Counted from the first letter of the stretch, positions 20,382-30,891 are shown. The stretch: DNA of 64,000 bases from Syntrophales bacterium (GCA_963666365.2 CAXXNF010000001.1:1248001-1312000), one strand, 5' to 3'. A program made the numbers and translations. Notes: generated by a model from the sequence alone, not told the origin.

Positions 20382-22049
20382 ATGGAGTATAGGTCATGGC
20401 ATAAGCATTATGATTTTAACGTCCCTCCATCAATTCGATACCCCCGCATACTCGTGCAAGATCTAATTCAAATCCCGGCAAATACATATCCAGACAAACC
20501 GGCACTTATTTTTGAAGGCCGAGAAATTAATTACTGGGAGCTGAGGCAACAGACACTTCGATTTGCGAATGCATTATCTCGATTGGGAATCAGCAAGGGA
20601 GAGAGGGTCGGGATTCATTTACCTACCTGCCCTCAATATATTATAGCCTATTATGCTGTCCTGTCACTGGGAGCGATCGTTGTTAATTTGAACCCTCTCT
20701 ATACCGTAGAAGAGTTGCAAGGCACAGCACATGCGACGGGAATGTCGTCTCTTATTACTTCGGATATGTCACTTGCCACATCTCGCATTCTTGCCAAATC
20801 GGCTGACATCAGAAAGGTTGTTGTGACCAGGGTTTCCGATTATGCAGGGAATCGAGTACATTCATCAGAATCATCCCTGGAACTCGAACCCGGATGGCAT
20901 TTGTTTGATAAAATCCTTGAAAGCTGCAGCGATACACGAAAGCCTCGCGTGAATGTGAATTCGGGAGATATCGCCGTGATTCAATTTACTGGGGGAACCA
21001 CAGGCATTCCAAAGGGCGCCATGTTAAGTCATGAAAACATTATTGCCGCAACAGTGCAGTACTCTTTCTGGCTATCTTCGCTTTTACAGCTTATCCCACC
21101 GGAACGTCGTTCAGTTCTGGTTATTCTGCCTCTTTATCACGTATATGGGAATCTGGTGATGAATTGGTCTATTTTCAATTGTGCCATGCAGATTCTGGTG
21201 CCCCGATTTCAGATTGACGAACTGATAGATCTGATGGCGGGTTTTAAAGAAATATCCTTTTTCCCAACAGTGGCAACCGTGGTGAGCGCGCTCCTTAACC
21301 ATCCCAAAATCGACCCTTTGAATCTGGGAAAAAAATTAACCTACATCAATTCAGGAGGTGGTCCCACTGCACTGAGTCTGATAGAAAAAATAGAGGATAT
21401 GGGCCTGTATTGCAGCCAAGGGTGGGGCATGAGTGAAACAGCGGCACTTGGCACAAATAACCCTATTTTTGGTCCCAAAAAGGTCAACAGCATTGGAATA
21501 CCTTATCCTGATACAGATATAAGGGTTGTAGACCTGGAAAATGGCGCCGATGATGTCCCCAGGGGCAAACCGGGTGAAATTATAATAAAGGGGGCTACTG
21601 TAATGAAGGGATATTGGAATAACCCTGAAGGTACTGCGGAACAGATGAAAGACGGGTGGCTCTACACGGGAGACATTGCCATTCAGGACGACGACGACTT
21701 CTTATATATAGTGGATCGCAAAAAGGATATGATCATCTCTGGCGGATTCAACATATATCCGAGAGAAGTGGATGAAGCACTATTCCAGCATCCTAAGATC
21801 GAATTTGCTGTTGCCGTGGGGATTCCCGATGATTACCGGGGCGAGACCGTAAAAGCCTTCATTGTCTTAAAAAAGGGAGAAAAGGCCACCGAAAAGGAAA
21901 TTATCACCTTTTGTAAGGAAAAACTTGCTCCCTATAAGGTGCCCAGATTTGTTGAATTTCGAGAATCGCTGCCGCAATCTTCGGTAGGAAAGGTGCTTCG
22001 CAAAGAGCTGAGAGCTGAAGAGGAGGCAAGGTTAAAACGAACAAGATAA
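20382..22049 (+). CDS. Long-chain fatty-acid--CoA ligase
   Basis: FTGGTTGIPKG, GWGMSET, YTGDIA, DRKKDMI, VGKVLR. Confidence 0.93.
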   Translation: MEYRSWHKHYDFNVPPSIRYPRILVQDLIQIPANTYPDKPALIFEGREINYWELRQQTLRFANALSRLGISKGERVGIHLPTCPQYIIAYYAVLSLGAIVVNLNPLYTVEELQGTAHATGMSSLITSDMSLATSRILAKSADIRKVVVTRVSDYAGNRVHSSESSLELEPGWHLFDKILESCSDTRKPRVNVNSGDIAVIQFTGGTTGIPKGAMLSHENIIAATVQYSFWLSSLLQLIPPERRSVLVILPLYHVYGNLVMNWSIFNCAMQILVPRFQIDELIDLMAGFKEISFFPTVATVVSALLNHPKIDPLNLGKKLTYINSGGGPTALSLIEKIEDMGLYCSQGWGMSETAALGTNNPIFGPKKVNSIGIPYPDTDIRVVDLENGADDVPRGKPGEIIIKGATVMKGYWNNPEGTAEQMKDGWLYTGDIAIQDDDDFLYIVDRKKDMIISGGFNIYPREVDEALFQHPKIEFAVAVGIPDDYRGETVKAFIVLKKGEKATEKEIITFCKEKLAPYKVPRFVEFRESLPQSSVGKVLRKELRAEEEARLKRTR

Positions 22050-22115
22050 TATTTTCATTATGGTATGAGCATTAAAGCAACAAAGGATGGTTAGCACTAA
22101 CAAAAGGAGGAACAA

Positions 22116-23471
22116 ATGGTAAAAAAAAGATTTGAGTGTTCAAAGAATGTTTTTTGGTCTGTGATGTGTATCTTTCTTCTGATGGGGTTTTTAATTACCG
22201 ATTCGGTGTGGGCTATGCCAAGCTTTGACCCTAGTAAAATGTCTGACATGTCAGATTTTGATCCCAACAATCCAGTTGAGTACTCTGGAGACACTGTCAA
22301 AATAGGACTCATGGACACGTTCTCCGGTCCGGCTGCGGGCACTGGGTATCTCTATTGGTTGACATCGCACTGGGTTGCCCATGATCTCAACAAGAGAGGG
22401 GGCATCATGATTGATGGGAAACTGAAAAAAATACAGATCATCAAAGGCGATACCCAGGCAAAGCCGGCAGTAACAAAGAAAATTGCAGAAAAACTCTGCC
22501 TCATCGACAAGGTTGATGTGTTATGGGGACCGTCAGGGAGTCATCTCGCACTGGTTATGCAGACTGTTGCAAAAAAATACAAAATTATCTATCAGAACCC
22601 CCATAATCAGGCGGATGGCACTATGGATGGGGTAAATTTCAATAGATATACGTTTCGCACCTGTCTGAATTCAAGCATGTTCGGTCTTGCTATGGCCTAC
22701 TATTATTCCAAGCAGCCTGTAACAAAATTTTACATTTTGTGTCAGGATTATTCCTTTGGTCATGAAATGGCAGATCGCTTTAAGAACGGATTGAAAAAGT
22801 ATAAACCGGATGCCGTCATTGTTGGAGAGGAATATCACCCACTCTTTATGAAAGACTTTGCGCCTTACATGACAAAAATCAAAGGAACTGATGCACAGGT
22901 GATTTACACGGGAGACTGGATGCCTGACGGTCCTAATCTGATCCGTCAATCTGTGGAAATGGGTGTCAATTTACCTGTGGCAAATCTTTACTGCGATGTG
23001 CCAGAAGCCTATCAGACCATTGGCGGAGAAGCAGGTCGAGGGCACATAAATGGTAACGATTATATGATCACTGTGGACACACCAGAAAACAAGTTTTTTG
23101 TGAAGCTATGGCATGAGCAGTGGAAGAAATGGGGAAGTCCTTATAATTCTGATCAGTATAAGCACCCTGGTGGCGTACTGGGATCAACATCAAACCAATA
23201 TTACTGGCTCTATAGTGTTATCGAAAGGGCCGGCACAACTGACCCTGAAAAGATCATTCAGGTATGGGAAGATGACGAATACAAAGGATTTACCGGTGTG
23301 ATGAAGATGCGGGCCTGTGATCATCAGGTGGTAAAGGATATGTTTGTCACTGAATTCGAATATCCCAATCCATGGTTTGAGAATGCTGCCTTTTACGGCA
23401 AAACTATGGTGATTCCCTCTGAGTATTGTACCCCTCCAGTTCCGCAGGATCTTGACCGGTGCAATAAGTAA
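22116..23471 (+). CDS. ABC substrate-binding protein, LivJ/branched-chain family
   Basis: Signal peptide, VKIGLMDTFSGP, QDYSFG, MRACDHQ. Confidence 0.88.
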   Translation: MVKKRFECSKNVFWSVMCIFLLMGFLITDSVWAMPSFDPSKMSDMSDFDPNNPVEYSGDTVKIGLMDTFSGPAAGTGYLYWLTSHWVAHDLNKRGGIMIDGKLKKIQIIKGDTQAKPAVTKKIAEKLCLIDKVDVLWGPSGSHLALVMQTVAKKYKIIYQNPHNQADGTMDGVNFNRYTFRTCLNSSMFGLAMAYYYSKQPVTKFYILCQDYSFGHEMADRFKNGLKKYKPDAVIVGEEYHPLFMKDFAPYMTKIKGTDAQVIYTGDWMPDGPNLIRQSVEMGVNLPVANLYCDVPEAYQTIGGEAGRGHINGNDYMITVDTPENKFFVKLWHEQWKKWGSPYNSDQYKHPGGVLGSTSNQYYWLYSVIERAGTTDPEKIIQVWEDDEYKGFTGVMKMRACDHQVVKDMFVTEFEYPNPWFENAAFYGKTMVIPSEYCTPPVPQDLDRCNK

Positions 23472-23573
23472 TCACTGGAGGAAAAAGTTTCCTTGCTACT
23501 TGTCCTGTTCGGATGTCTTCATTCTGACAGAACCGAACAGGACAGCCTTCTTCTCTGTCATTGCTCATTCCCA

Positions 23574-23948
23574 CTACGCCGCCTTCGGCAGATGCGGTTC
23601 TCGCCACGAATCGGGAGTCAGCGGCGCCATTCCCCAGGCGGCGCGGGCCTTGTCACAGCGAGGATTGTGCAGGCCGTTCTCCCAGGATGGGGAAAAGGAA
23701 CGGCAGATTGATGACCTGGAAGGATAGATGCTGCAGTAGACCGCAGACCCGATGGTCCCTTGAAGGGCGACACAACGGGGATTCGCACCCCGTGTCCCCC
23801 TCATAAGAACGCGAAACTCATCCATTTTCTCCGTAAGAGCCACGGGAACGCCGCCGGCGGTCCCCTCTTCGGTTTCAGCCCAGTAGAAGGATGCCCGGTA
23901 AAAGGCGCAGCAGGCGCCGCAGGTAAGGCAGGGGTTGACAATCTCCAT
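23574..23948 (-). CDS. YkgJ-family cysteine-cluster protein
   Basis: NPCLTCGACC, RCVAL, CSIYPSRSSICRSF, CDKARA. Confidence 0.88.
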   Translation of the reverse strand: MEIVNPCLTCGACCAFYRASFYWAETEEGTAGGVPVALTEKMDEFRVLMRGTRGANPRCVALQGTIGSAVYCSIYPSRSSICRSFSPSWENGLHNPRCDKARAAWGMAPLTPDSWREPHLPKAA

Positions 23949-24212
23949 ATAAAAGCCGCTCCTTCAGGACCGATGGTGAAAATCGCGCAGACTATACTCT
24001 TCTTTTTACAATTCACAAGCATTATTTTTATGATGCCGCCTTCGGGAACCCCCATGGTAACTCACTTCTTAACTGTAAAAATATAGTTGTGGTTTTCTCC
24101 TTCGGTTTCTGCTACAAAGCACCGCTTATATCTTGAAGGCATCTCAAGATAAAATGAAACACAGACATTGAATGCAGGTGCCGCAGAAGGCACTACTTTA
24201 TAAAGGTACACT

Positions 24213-26021
24213 ATGAGAAAAGAAACCATCAGAAATATCGCAATTATCGCACACGTCGATCACGGAAAGACTACGCTGGTCGACGGAATGCTGAAACAGA
24301 GCGGCATCTTCCGGGACAACCAGCAGGTGGCCGAACGGGTCATGGATTCCATGGATCTGGAACGGGAGCGCGGCATCACCATCATGGCAAAAAACACGGC
24401 CGTCTGGTACGGCGACACAAAGATCAACATTGTCGATACGCCGGGGCACGCCGACTTCGGCGGCGAAGTTGAACGAAGCCTCAATATGGTAGACGGCGCG
24501 CTCCTTCTGGTGGATGCCAGCGAAGGACCGCTTCCGCAGACCCGCTTCGTCGTAAAAAAGGCCCTCGCCAAGGCACTGCCCATTATCGTGGTGATCAACA
24601 AAATCGACCGCAGTGACGCCCGCATCGACGAGGTGGTCAACGAAATCTACGATCTCTTCATCGATCTTGACGCAACGGAATCGCAGATAGAGTTTCCCAT
24701 TTTTTACACAAACGCAAAAACGGGCGTGGCCCATACCGTGCCGGGGGATGACTCCGATTCTCTGCGCCCTCTTTTTGAAGCAATTCTTTCCTATATTCCC
24801 GGTCCCGAAACCGACGACGACGCCGTTCCCCAATTTCTGATAACCAATCTCGAGTACGACGCCTACGTGGGACAGATAGCCGTGGGGAGATTGTCAATGG
24901 GAATGCTGGAAATGCAAAAATTCTACGCCCTTTGCGGCGCCGAAGAAACGACAAAGAACATAAAATTTTCCGCCCTCTATACCTTCGACGGCCTGGGCAG
25001 GGTAGCCATCGACCTCGCAGAGGCGGGCGACATCATTGCGCTGGCAGGCGTCCCCCAGGTGGCTATCGGCGACACGATTTCCGCGGCGGAGAATCCTCTG
25101 CCGCTTCCGCGCATTAATGTGGACGAACCGACGGTCGCAATGATTTTTTATGTCAACACCAGCCCCACGGCGGGCAAGGAAGGAAAATTCCTCACCTCGC
25201 GCCACCTCGGCGATCGTCTTCAGAAGGAAACGCTTCACAACGTCGCATTAAAGGTCAAATTGCTCGAGCGAAAAGACATGTTCGAAGTTTGCGGTCGCGG
25301 CGAATTGCAAATGGCCGTGCTTATCGAAACCCTTCGTCGCGAAGGATACGAGTTCATGGTTTCCAAACCGCGGGTCATCACAAAGGAAGAAAAGGGCGCA
25401 ATCCTCGAACCGGTGGAGCGGCTCCTGATCGACATTCCCGAAGAGTATATCGGAACGGTAACGGAAAAACTGGCCGTCAGAAAAGGGCGCATGACCAACC
25501 TGGTCAACAAGGGAAGCGGCCGGAGCACCATGGAGTTTCTGATCCCCTCGAGAGGGTTGATCGGATTCCGCAGCCATTTTATGACCGATACCAAGGGCGC
25601 CGGCATCATGAATACGCTTTTCGAAGGGTATCATCCCTGGTTCGGCCCCATTCCTCAGCGGGCAAACGGCGCCATGGTCGCCGACAGGGCAGGGCGGGTC
25701 ACCGGCTATGCCTGCTACGCCATGACCGATCGGGGTGAACTGTTTGTAGAGGTGGGCTCCGATGTCTACGGCGGCATGATCGTAGGGGAACGGAACAAGC
25801 CGGGCGACCTTCCGATCAACATCACCAAGGAAAAACATCTCACCAACATGCGAAGCGCCACCTCCGACGCCACCATCACGCTTCGCCCTCCGCGGCGGCT
25901 CTCGCTGGATCAGTCCATTGAGTTCATCGCTGAAGACGAACTCATTGAGGTGACCCCCCTGAGCGTGCGCCTGCGGAAAATGGAACTGGACAAGGCGAAG
26001 CGGCCTTTGAAAAGCGCATAA
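24213..26021 (+). CDS. typA: Translational GTPase TypA/BipA
   Basis: [38 protein letters not shown]. Confidence 0.97.
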   Translation: MRKETIRNIAIIAHVDHGKTTLVDGMLKQSGIFRDNQQVAERVMDSMDLERERGITIMAKNTAVWYGDTKINIVDTPGHADFGGEVERSLNMVDGALLLVDASEGPLPQTRFVVKKALAKALPIIVVINKIDRSDARIDEVVNEIYDLFIDLDATESQIEFPIFYTNAKTGVAHTVPGDDSDSLRPLFEAILSYIPGPETDDDAVPQFLITNLEYDAYVGQIAVGRLSMGMLEMQKFYALCGAEETTKNIKFSALYTFDGLGRVAIDLAEAGDIIALAGVPQVAIGDTISAAENPLPLPRINVDEPTVAMIFYVNTSPTAGKEGKFLTSRHLGDRLQKETLHNVALKVKLLERKDMFEVCGRGELQMAVLIETLRREGYEFMVSKPRVITKEEKGAILEPVERLLIDIPEEYIGTVTEKLAVRKGRMTNLVNKGSGRSTMEFLIPSRGLIGFRSHFMTDTKGAGIMNTLFEGYHPWFGPIPQRANGAMVADRAGRVTGYACYAMTDRGELFVEVGSDVYGGMIVGERNKPGDLPINITKEKHLTNMRSATSDATITLRPPRRLSLDQSIEFIAEDELIEVTPLSVRLRKMELDKAKRPLKSA

Positions 26022-26022
26022 G

Positions 26023-26116
26023 ACAATTCCGGGGACAGTATACATAATTAACTGCAAATCCCTCCGGTGAAGGGAAACGAGACAGATTGAATTATGTATA
26101 CTGTCCCCGGAATTGT
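26023..26116. repeat. Perfect 27-bp inverted repeat with 40-nt spacer between convergent genes
   Basis: ACAATTCCGGGGACAGTATACATAATT (26023-26049) and its exact reverse complement (26090-26116). Confidence 0.9.
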
Positions 26117-26120
26117 ACCG

Positions 26121-28385
26121 TTACGGCTCGCACTCTAAACGTTCATTAGTGTCATAATCGTACCTGTAGTTACAGGTGTCATCATCGTTGTAATATGTCC
26201 ATATGCCGCTTCGTACCCAGTTCGTGAACTGTCCCTCGGTCTTGCGAGCTCCGTTGTCGTACCATTGTTTGTATGGTCCATGCGGCTCGCCGTTGACCCA
26301 GTAGGCCTCCTCTTGTATGTTTCCGTTTTTGTACCAGACCGTCCAGAGCCCATCCCTTGCTTGTTCTTCTCCGGTTCCCCACGTTCCCTCCTCACGCTTT
26401 TGCCCGTTATCCCACCAGGTAGTTTCAAGACCCTCCACTTTACCCATATTATAATAATACTCTTGATTTTTTACGCCGTTCTCATGCCATGTTGTACGGC
26501 GTCCATGAGAGGTGTTTTCATAATAACACTCCGCAACAAGGAGCTGGCTTCGAGAACTGTCCCACCACAAATAATAGGGCCCGTGTTTTACATACACATA
26601 ACCATACCCATCGACCCATGTTCTCTCTTTGTAGTAAAATAATTCACTGTTATAATCATAAACCAATAACCCGGCAAAGTCCACATCCCACCCGCAGTTA
26701 TGTTCGTAAGGGGGCGGCTCAATGTCTTTGACATCGCCGCTTTCCTGTAACAGGAGATCGTCACCGGAAAGATTCGGCAGCAGGGTTCCTGCAGTGGACG
26801 CGGTCACCGTAAAGGATGTTTCCGTTTCATTTTCATCCTTGGCCGTATAGTCGCCGTTGGGCAGCATATTGTCCGGTGAGAGGCGTTTGTAGACCAGATC
26901 TTTTCTGATCGATTCGCCTGCGGGATTTTCAGGGCGCTGAACGGCCTGTGTGAGATTTCCCCCCGGGGTCTGCAGAATACTGATAATGTGACCCGTGGTA
27001 TCGACGGTGGTTTTGGTGAAATCGGTCAGATTCGAAATAACCAGTTTCGCCTGGCCGGTGAAGGCGTCCTTCACCGAAAGCAGGCAGTACCCGTCGTAGG
27101 TCAGCCCCTTGGCAATGCTCAACCCGCTCCAGATGGTTTTCGCCGTTTGCAGATTTGCCTGCCCGTCGGGACCGAAGGCGCCCTCCAGGGCGGGATTTGT
27201 GAGAACGCCCATAATGCCGTCACCGAAGCTGAACCCGCCGTTTATCGCCCCCTGAATAATATTTTTCCCCTGGGTTCTCAGTATGTAGTCCGCGGTCCTG
27301 TACCCCAAGGCGCCCGCCTGGTACATTTTTGTCGTCGTGCGGATTGTCTGGGCGGCCTTAAACACGCCCAGGGCGGCCTGCCCGCCGGCAACGAACGAAA
27401 GGGCCGTGTTGGCCGTATCGGCGGCTATTTTTATTTCCGTGGCCGTCTTTTCCGCCGCTTCATACTGAATTGCCTTGGCGTTTTCCTGCTCCGCCACGAC
27501 ACTGTAATGTGTCTTCAACACGGAATAGGCCTTCCGGACACTTATTTTATTGCGCTCGGCAATGGTCTTGACATCGATCTTGTGCCCGCCGGGGGTGGTT
27601 TTCCCATAGTTATCGATATACCATTGCAGTTTGGGGTCCACATTCAATTCCAGCGCTGCGCGGGGCAGTTGCTGCGCTGTCCGTATGTCGGCGGCTTCAA
27701 TGCCTTCGTGGATGCGAATGATTTCATCATACTTCCCTTCGGCAATTTCGAAGCTTTTCATCATGGCCCGGTAACGGTTCAACAGCGTCGCCGCAGGGGT
27801 GCTTTCGGCCACCATGTAAAAGGAATTATAAAGAATCACACTCTGCAAGTCGGCCTCATTGGCCGCCACTATCGCCCGGGCCAACGCGTCTTCATCTGCC
27901 GGGGAAATGCCCGAGACGGCGCTGTCGCGGGGTGTCAGGGTTTCTTCTTCCAGTGTTTCGGCAACGGCCAGTTCCGTCGCCGGATCAGCCCAGATCTGTC
28001 TGACCACATACTGCATGGAATAGAGCGCGTCGCTCATGTCGATCTTTCCGTCGTTCGTGACGTCCCGTGCCTGTGGAACCGTCCTTCCGGACACCACCTG
28101 GAGCGACATGATCACATCGGCCAATTCCGGCAGGACCAGATCCGCGGCCCGTGCCGTCGAAGGAAAAAAAAAGAGCGCAAGGGATATGAGGCTGACAAGA
28201 ATCAGCGCATGTCGAGAAAGTCCCGAAGAACCTCCGGCACGGCGGCGCCCCCTTGCATGGAACTGAGTGGATGGTCTGTGGTATGGTGGCTGGTCGGAGG
28301 GCATGCCCTCCCCATCGAATCCGTCATTTGCGTAACCCGACATGGCTGGCGTTCCTCCTGAAGCGTAGGATACTTTTTCCCGCAC
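26121..28385 (-). CDS. Large exported modular protein with dockerin/EF-hand-like motif and C-terminal MORN-variant (YwqK-like) repeats; start uncertain
   Basis: Hydrophobic signal ending ARA, DVTNDGKIDMSDA, repeated W-x-x-N-G units (WHENG, WWDNG, WYKNG, WYDNG). Confidence 0.75.
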   Translation of the reverse strand: MREKVSYASGGTPAMSGYANDGFDGEGMPSDQPPYHRPSTQFHARGRRRAGGSSGLSRHALILVSLISLALFFFPSTARAADLVLPELADVIMSLQVVSGRTVPQARDVTNDGKIDMSDALYSMQYVVRQIWADPATELAVAETLEEETLTPRDSAVSGISPADEDALARAIVAANEADLQSVILYNSFYMVAESTPAATLLNRYRAMMKSFEIAEGKYDEIIRIHEGIEAADIRTAQQLPRAALELNVDPKLQWYIDNYGKTTPGGHKIDVKTIAERNKISVRKAYSVLKTHYSVVAEQENAKAIQYEAAEKTATEIKIAADTANTALSFVAGGQAALGVFKAAQTIRTTTKMYQAGALGYRTADYILRTQGKNIIQGAINGGFSFGDGIMGVLTNPALEGAFGPDGQANLQTAKTIWSGLSIAKGLTYDGYCLLSVKDAFTGQAKLVISNLTDFTKTTVDTTGHIISILQTPGGNLTQAVQRPENPAGESIRKDLVYKRLSPDNMLPNGDYTAKDENETETSFTVTASTAGTLLPNLSGDDLLLQESGDVKDIEPPPYEHNCGWDVDFAGLLVYDYNSELFYYKERTWVDGYGYVYVKHGPYYLWWDSSRSQLLVAECYYENTSHGRRTTWHENGVKNQEYYYNMGKVEGLETTWWDNGQKREEGTWGTGEEQARDGLWTVWYKNGNIQEEAYWVNGEPHGPYKQWYDNGARKTEGQFTNWVRSGIWTYYNDDDTCNYRYDYDTNERLECEP

Positions 28386-28528
28386 TATAAATGAAATATC
28401 CCTTACAGGTCAATGCCTATTTAAGAAACATAGAGGATATATTGCCCCCAAAACCGTTATTCTGTATACTGATGTGAAACCGGCTTATAACAAAGGATCG
28501 TTCGACCATTCGGAAAGGACGCATTGCC

Positions 28529-29323
28529 ATGGCACACGTTCAGTATTGTTTCTGGAGTGGCGGCGGTATTCACAGGGGTGCCTTCACATCATCACTATCG
28601 GCGCTGCGCGGTCTGTGCCTCGCGATCGCAGGTTGTTGTATGCTCCTGTGGGCACTCGATTGTCGGGCCGATGCCGATCCTCCAGATACCTATACCCCGG
28701 CGAGAGAACGCATGGTAGTCGAGCAAATCGAAGCCCGGGGAATTCACAACCCGCAAGTCCTCACTGCCCTGAGAACCGTGAAACGGCATCTCTTTGTTCC
28801 CGAGGAACGCCGCGACGAGGCATACGAAGACTATCCCCTCCCAATCGGCGAAGGACAAACGATTTCTCAGCCCTACATCGTCGCGTTGATGACGGAAGTG
28901 GTCGATCCGAAACCGCATATGAAGGTACTTGAAATCGGGACCGGCTCAGGCTACCAGGCGTCGGTACTGGCCGAGGTGTGCGGAAGTGTGTACACGATCG
29001 AGATAGTCGAAACACTGGGCAGGCGGGTGGAAAAGATGCTCTCGGAGCTTTATAAAAACGTGCATGTCAGAATCGGCGATGGCTATCAGGGATGGCCGGA
29101 AGCGGCGCCTTTCGACGCGATTCTCGTCACCTGCGCACCGACAAAGGTTCCTCAACCGCTTGTGGACCAGCTGAAGGAGGGCGGCAGGATGGTCATTCCC
29201 GTGGGAGGCGCCTGGATGCAGAAGTTGGTGGTGCTTACGAAAAAGGAAGGTCGCATTCGGGAGCACGCGATCATTCCGGTCCGTTTCGTGCCCATGGTGG
29301 ATCGCAAAGGAAAAACATATTGA
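28529..29323 (+). CDS. pcm: Protein-L-isoaspartate O-methyltransferase; start uncertain
   Basis: PLPIGEGQTISQPYIVALM, VLEIGTGSGYQA, GDGYQGWPEAAPFD, VRFVPM. Confidence 0.95.
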   Translation: MAHVQYCFWSGGGIHRGAFTSSLSALRGLCLAIAGCCMLLWALDCRADADPPDTYTPARERMVVEQIEARGIHNPQVLTALRTVKRHLFVPEERRDEAYEDYPLPIGEGQTISQPYIVALMTEVVDPKPHMKVLEIGTGSGYQASVLAEVCGSVYTIEIVETLGRRVEKMLSELYKNVHVRIGDGYQGWPEAAPFDAILVTCAPTKVPQPLVDQLKEGGRMVIPVGGAWMQKLVVLTKKEGRIREHAIIPVRFVPMVDRKGKTY

Positions 29324-29401
29324 AATAGTGGCGGGAAAAGCAAGGACAAGTCACAGGATATTACGGATACTGTTCCCGCACTATTCGTTCCGGGTGAAAA
29401 G

Positions 29402-29812
29402 TTAAATTACTGCCGTTGCTTCAATTTCGAGCAACATACCGTCGAACATAAGCCTCTTGATCTCCACCAGGGTACTTGCCGGATAATAGTCTCCGAAGTA
29501 TTTGTTATAAATCCGGCTGAGCTCTCTTCCTTGTGACAAAAACGCGTCCCGGTCGGTGCAGTATACCGTCATTCTGACTATATCGGTCATCTTTGCACCC
29601 CCGGCCGCCATTACCTCCTGAATATTTGACAGTATCTGTTCATACTGGCGGCACATGTCCCCTTCGCCCACGAGATTCCCATTGACGTCGGAAGCCCCCT
29701 GACCTGCGGCAAACAGAATCGCGCCACCTGCAGTCTTAACCAGATTCGAATATCCGCGGGGACTTTTCCAGGCCGCTGGATTCAAGACTTCCTTGACAAT
29801 GCTACTGCTCAT
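29402..29812 (-). CDS. RidA/YjgF-family protein
   Basis: GYS, AGQ, YPASTLVEI, LLEIEATA. Confidence 0.9.
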   Translation of the reverse strand: MSSSIVKEVLNPAAWKSPRGYSNLVKTAGGAILFAAGQGASDVNGNLVGEGDMCRQYEQILSNIQEVMAAGGAKMTDIVRMTVYCTDRDAFLSQGRELSRIYNKYFGDYYPASTLVEIKRLMFDGMLLEIEATAVI

Positions 29813-29883
29813 ACTTTTTTATCCTCCTTATTAGTATGCAATTTAATAGCAGTGAAAGGAGGATAAAGTCCAGAAAATAGAAG

Positions 29884-30135
29884 TTATCGCAATTTCCGGA
29901 ATAGTGCCACAGCCATGCCCGCAATGACCAGCGCCGTAAGTCCGTAGAGAAACAGGTCGCCCCAACGCGCATAGTCCTCCAGAATTCTCTTGCGCTTCTT
30001 GCGAACGATTCCTCCCTCTTTAATCAAACGGGTCGTCTTCTTTCTCGACAACCCCAGCGCATCCGCCGTCTGGCGAATGCTCAAGCCCTCCACTTCCCGA
30101 AGATGACGCACCTGATTCACTAAATGATCCTCCAT
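29884..30135 (-). pseudogene. Truncated IS21-like transposase N-terminal HTH fused to an unrelated hydrophobic tail
   Basis: VRHLREVEGLSIRQTADALGLSRK resembles an IstA N-terminus; no DDE core; tail YARWGDLF plus TM helix. Confidence 0.55.
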
Positions 30136-30891
30136 TTCCCGAACTCCTTTCCTGTGGATTCTCTCCCCAATAGGGGCGTCACGGTTCGGTGTAAATCACG
30201 CCGCCTCCTTTCGTCCATCTCGTCTTGTATCACCAGCCATGGGTCACAAAAGTAATGCCGTCAAGCTTTCGCAGAATGATCTCGTCTTGTATCACCCCCG
30301 TCTTCTCTTCCGGGATCAGTAAAGCATACTGCCTTACTGGCTTTGCGCGGGGTCTCTCGTCTTGTATCATCTCTTGACATTTTTTCCTCCGCCGCCATTC
30401 TTTCACGTACGCATACCGATTCTTGAAGTAGCCTTCGTTCTGTGCCACCCATCGCTTCTGGGCCTCCTGCTTCCGCTTCCGTCGACAGTCCGAACGGCTG
30501 CATGCCTTCTGCCGCTCGCCCACTCGTCGATCAGGCGTAAAATACCGCCCGCAATACACACATCGCTTTCTCAACGGCCGCCTCCCTTTGCGTTGCTCCC
30601 CCCGGGGCAGCCTTCGTTCTACCTGCTGAATATTATTTTTATAAATATGGATTTTAAAAAGATTGTACCTGAATGCGAATGCTTTGGTTGGGTAACGGGT
30701 GTCTCTATGCTCTCTAAATCCTCATCGTAATCCCCCGCATATCTTCTCTCCCCCGAACCCCTGGAACCGCTCCTGCCGTTTTTGGCCTACTTTTCTCTAC
30801 CGCTAACACACACGAAGGGATTGCGACTTTATGCCAGTCGCTAAAGCCTTCCCATGTTCTAGGGTATAGTTCTATCGGAAACGACCTGACA
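29970..30891 (-). mobile_element. Remnant of an IS21-family-like element (one end only)
   Basis: Possible TGTCAGG... terminus at 30891 on the minus strand, accessory ORF, IstA-like fragment; no istB or second end seen. Confidence 0.45.
30230..30574 (-). CDS. Basic Cys-rich hypothetical protein of the type found upstream of IS21-like transposases
   Basis: CVYCGRYFTPDRRVGERQKACSRSDC; directly upstream of the IstA-like fragment. Confidence 0.6.
   Translation of the reverse strand: MRKRCVYCGRYFTPDRRVGERQKACSRSDCRRKRKQEAQKRWVAQNEGYFKNRYAYVKEWRRRKKCQEMIQDERPRAKPVRQYALLIPEEKTGVIQDEIILRKLDGITFVTHGW

Noticed and set aside
28377..29384. 12-bp direct repeat TTCCCGCACTAT on both sides of pcm as an insertion scar
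   Set aside because: pcm is a housekeeping gene, the second copy is one arm of a local hairpin, and chance cannot be excluded
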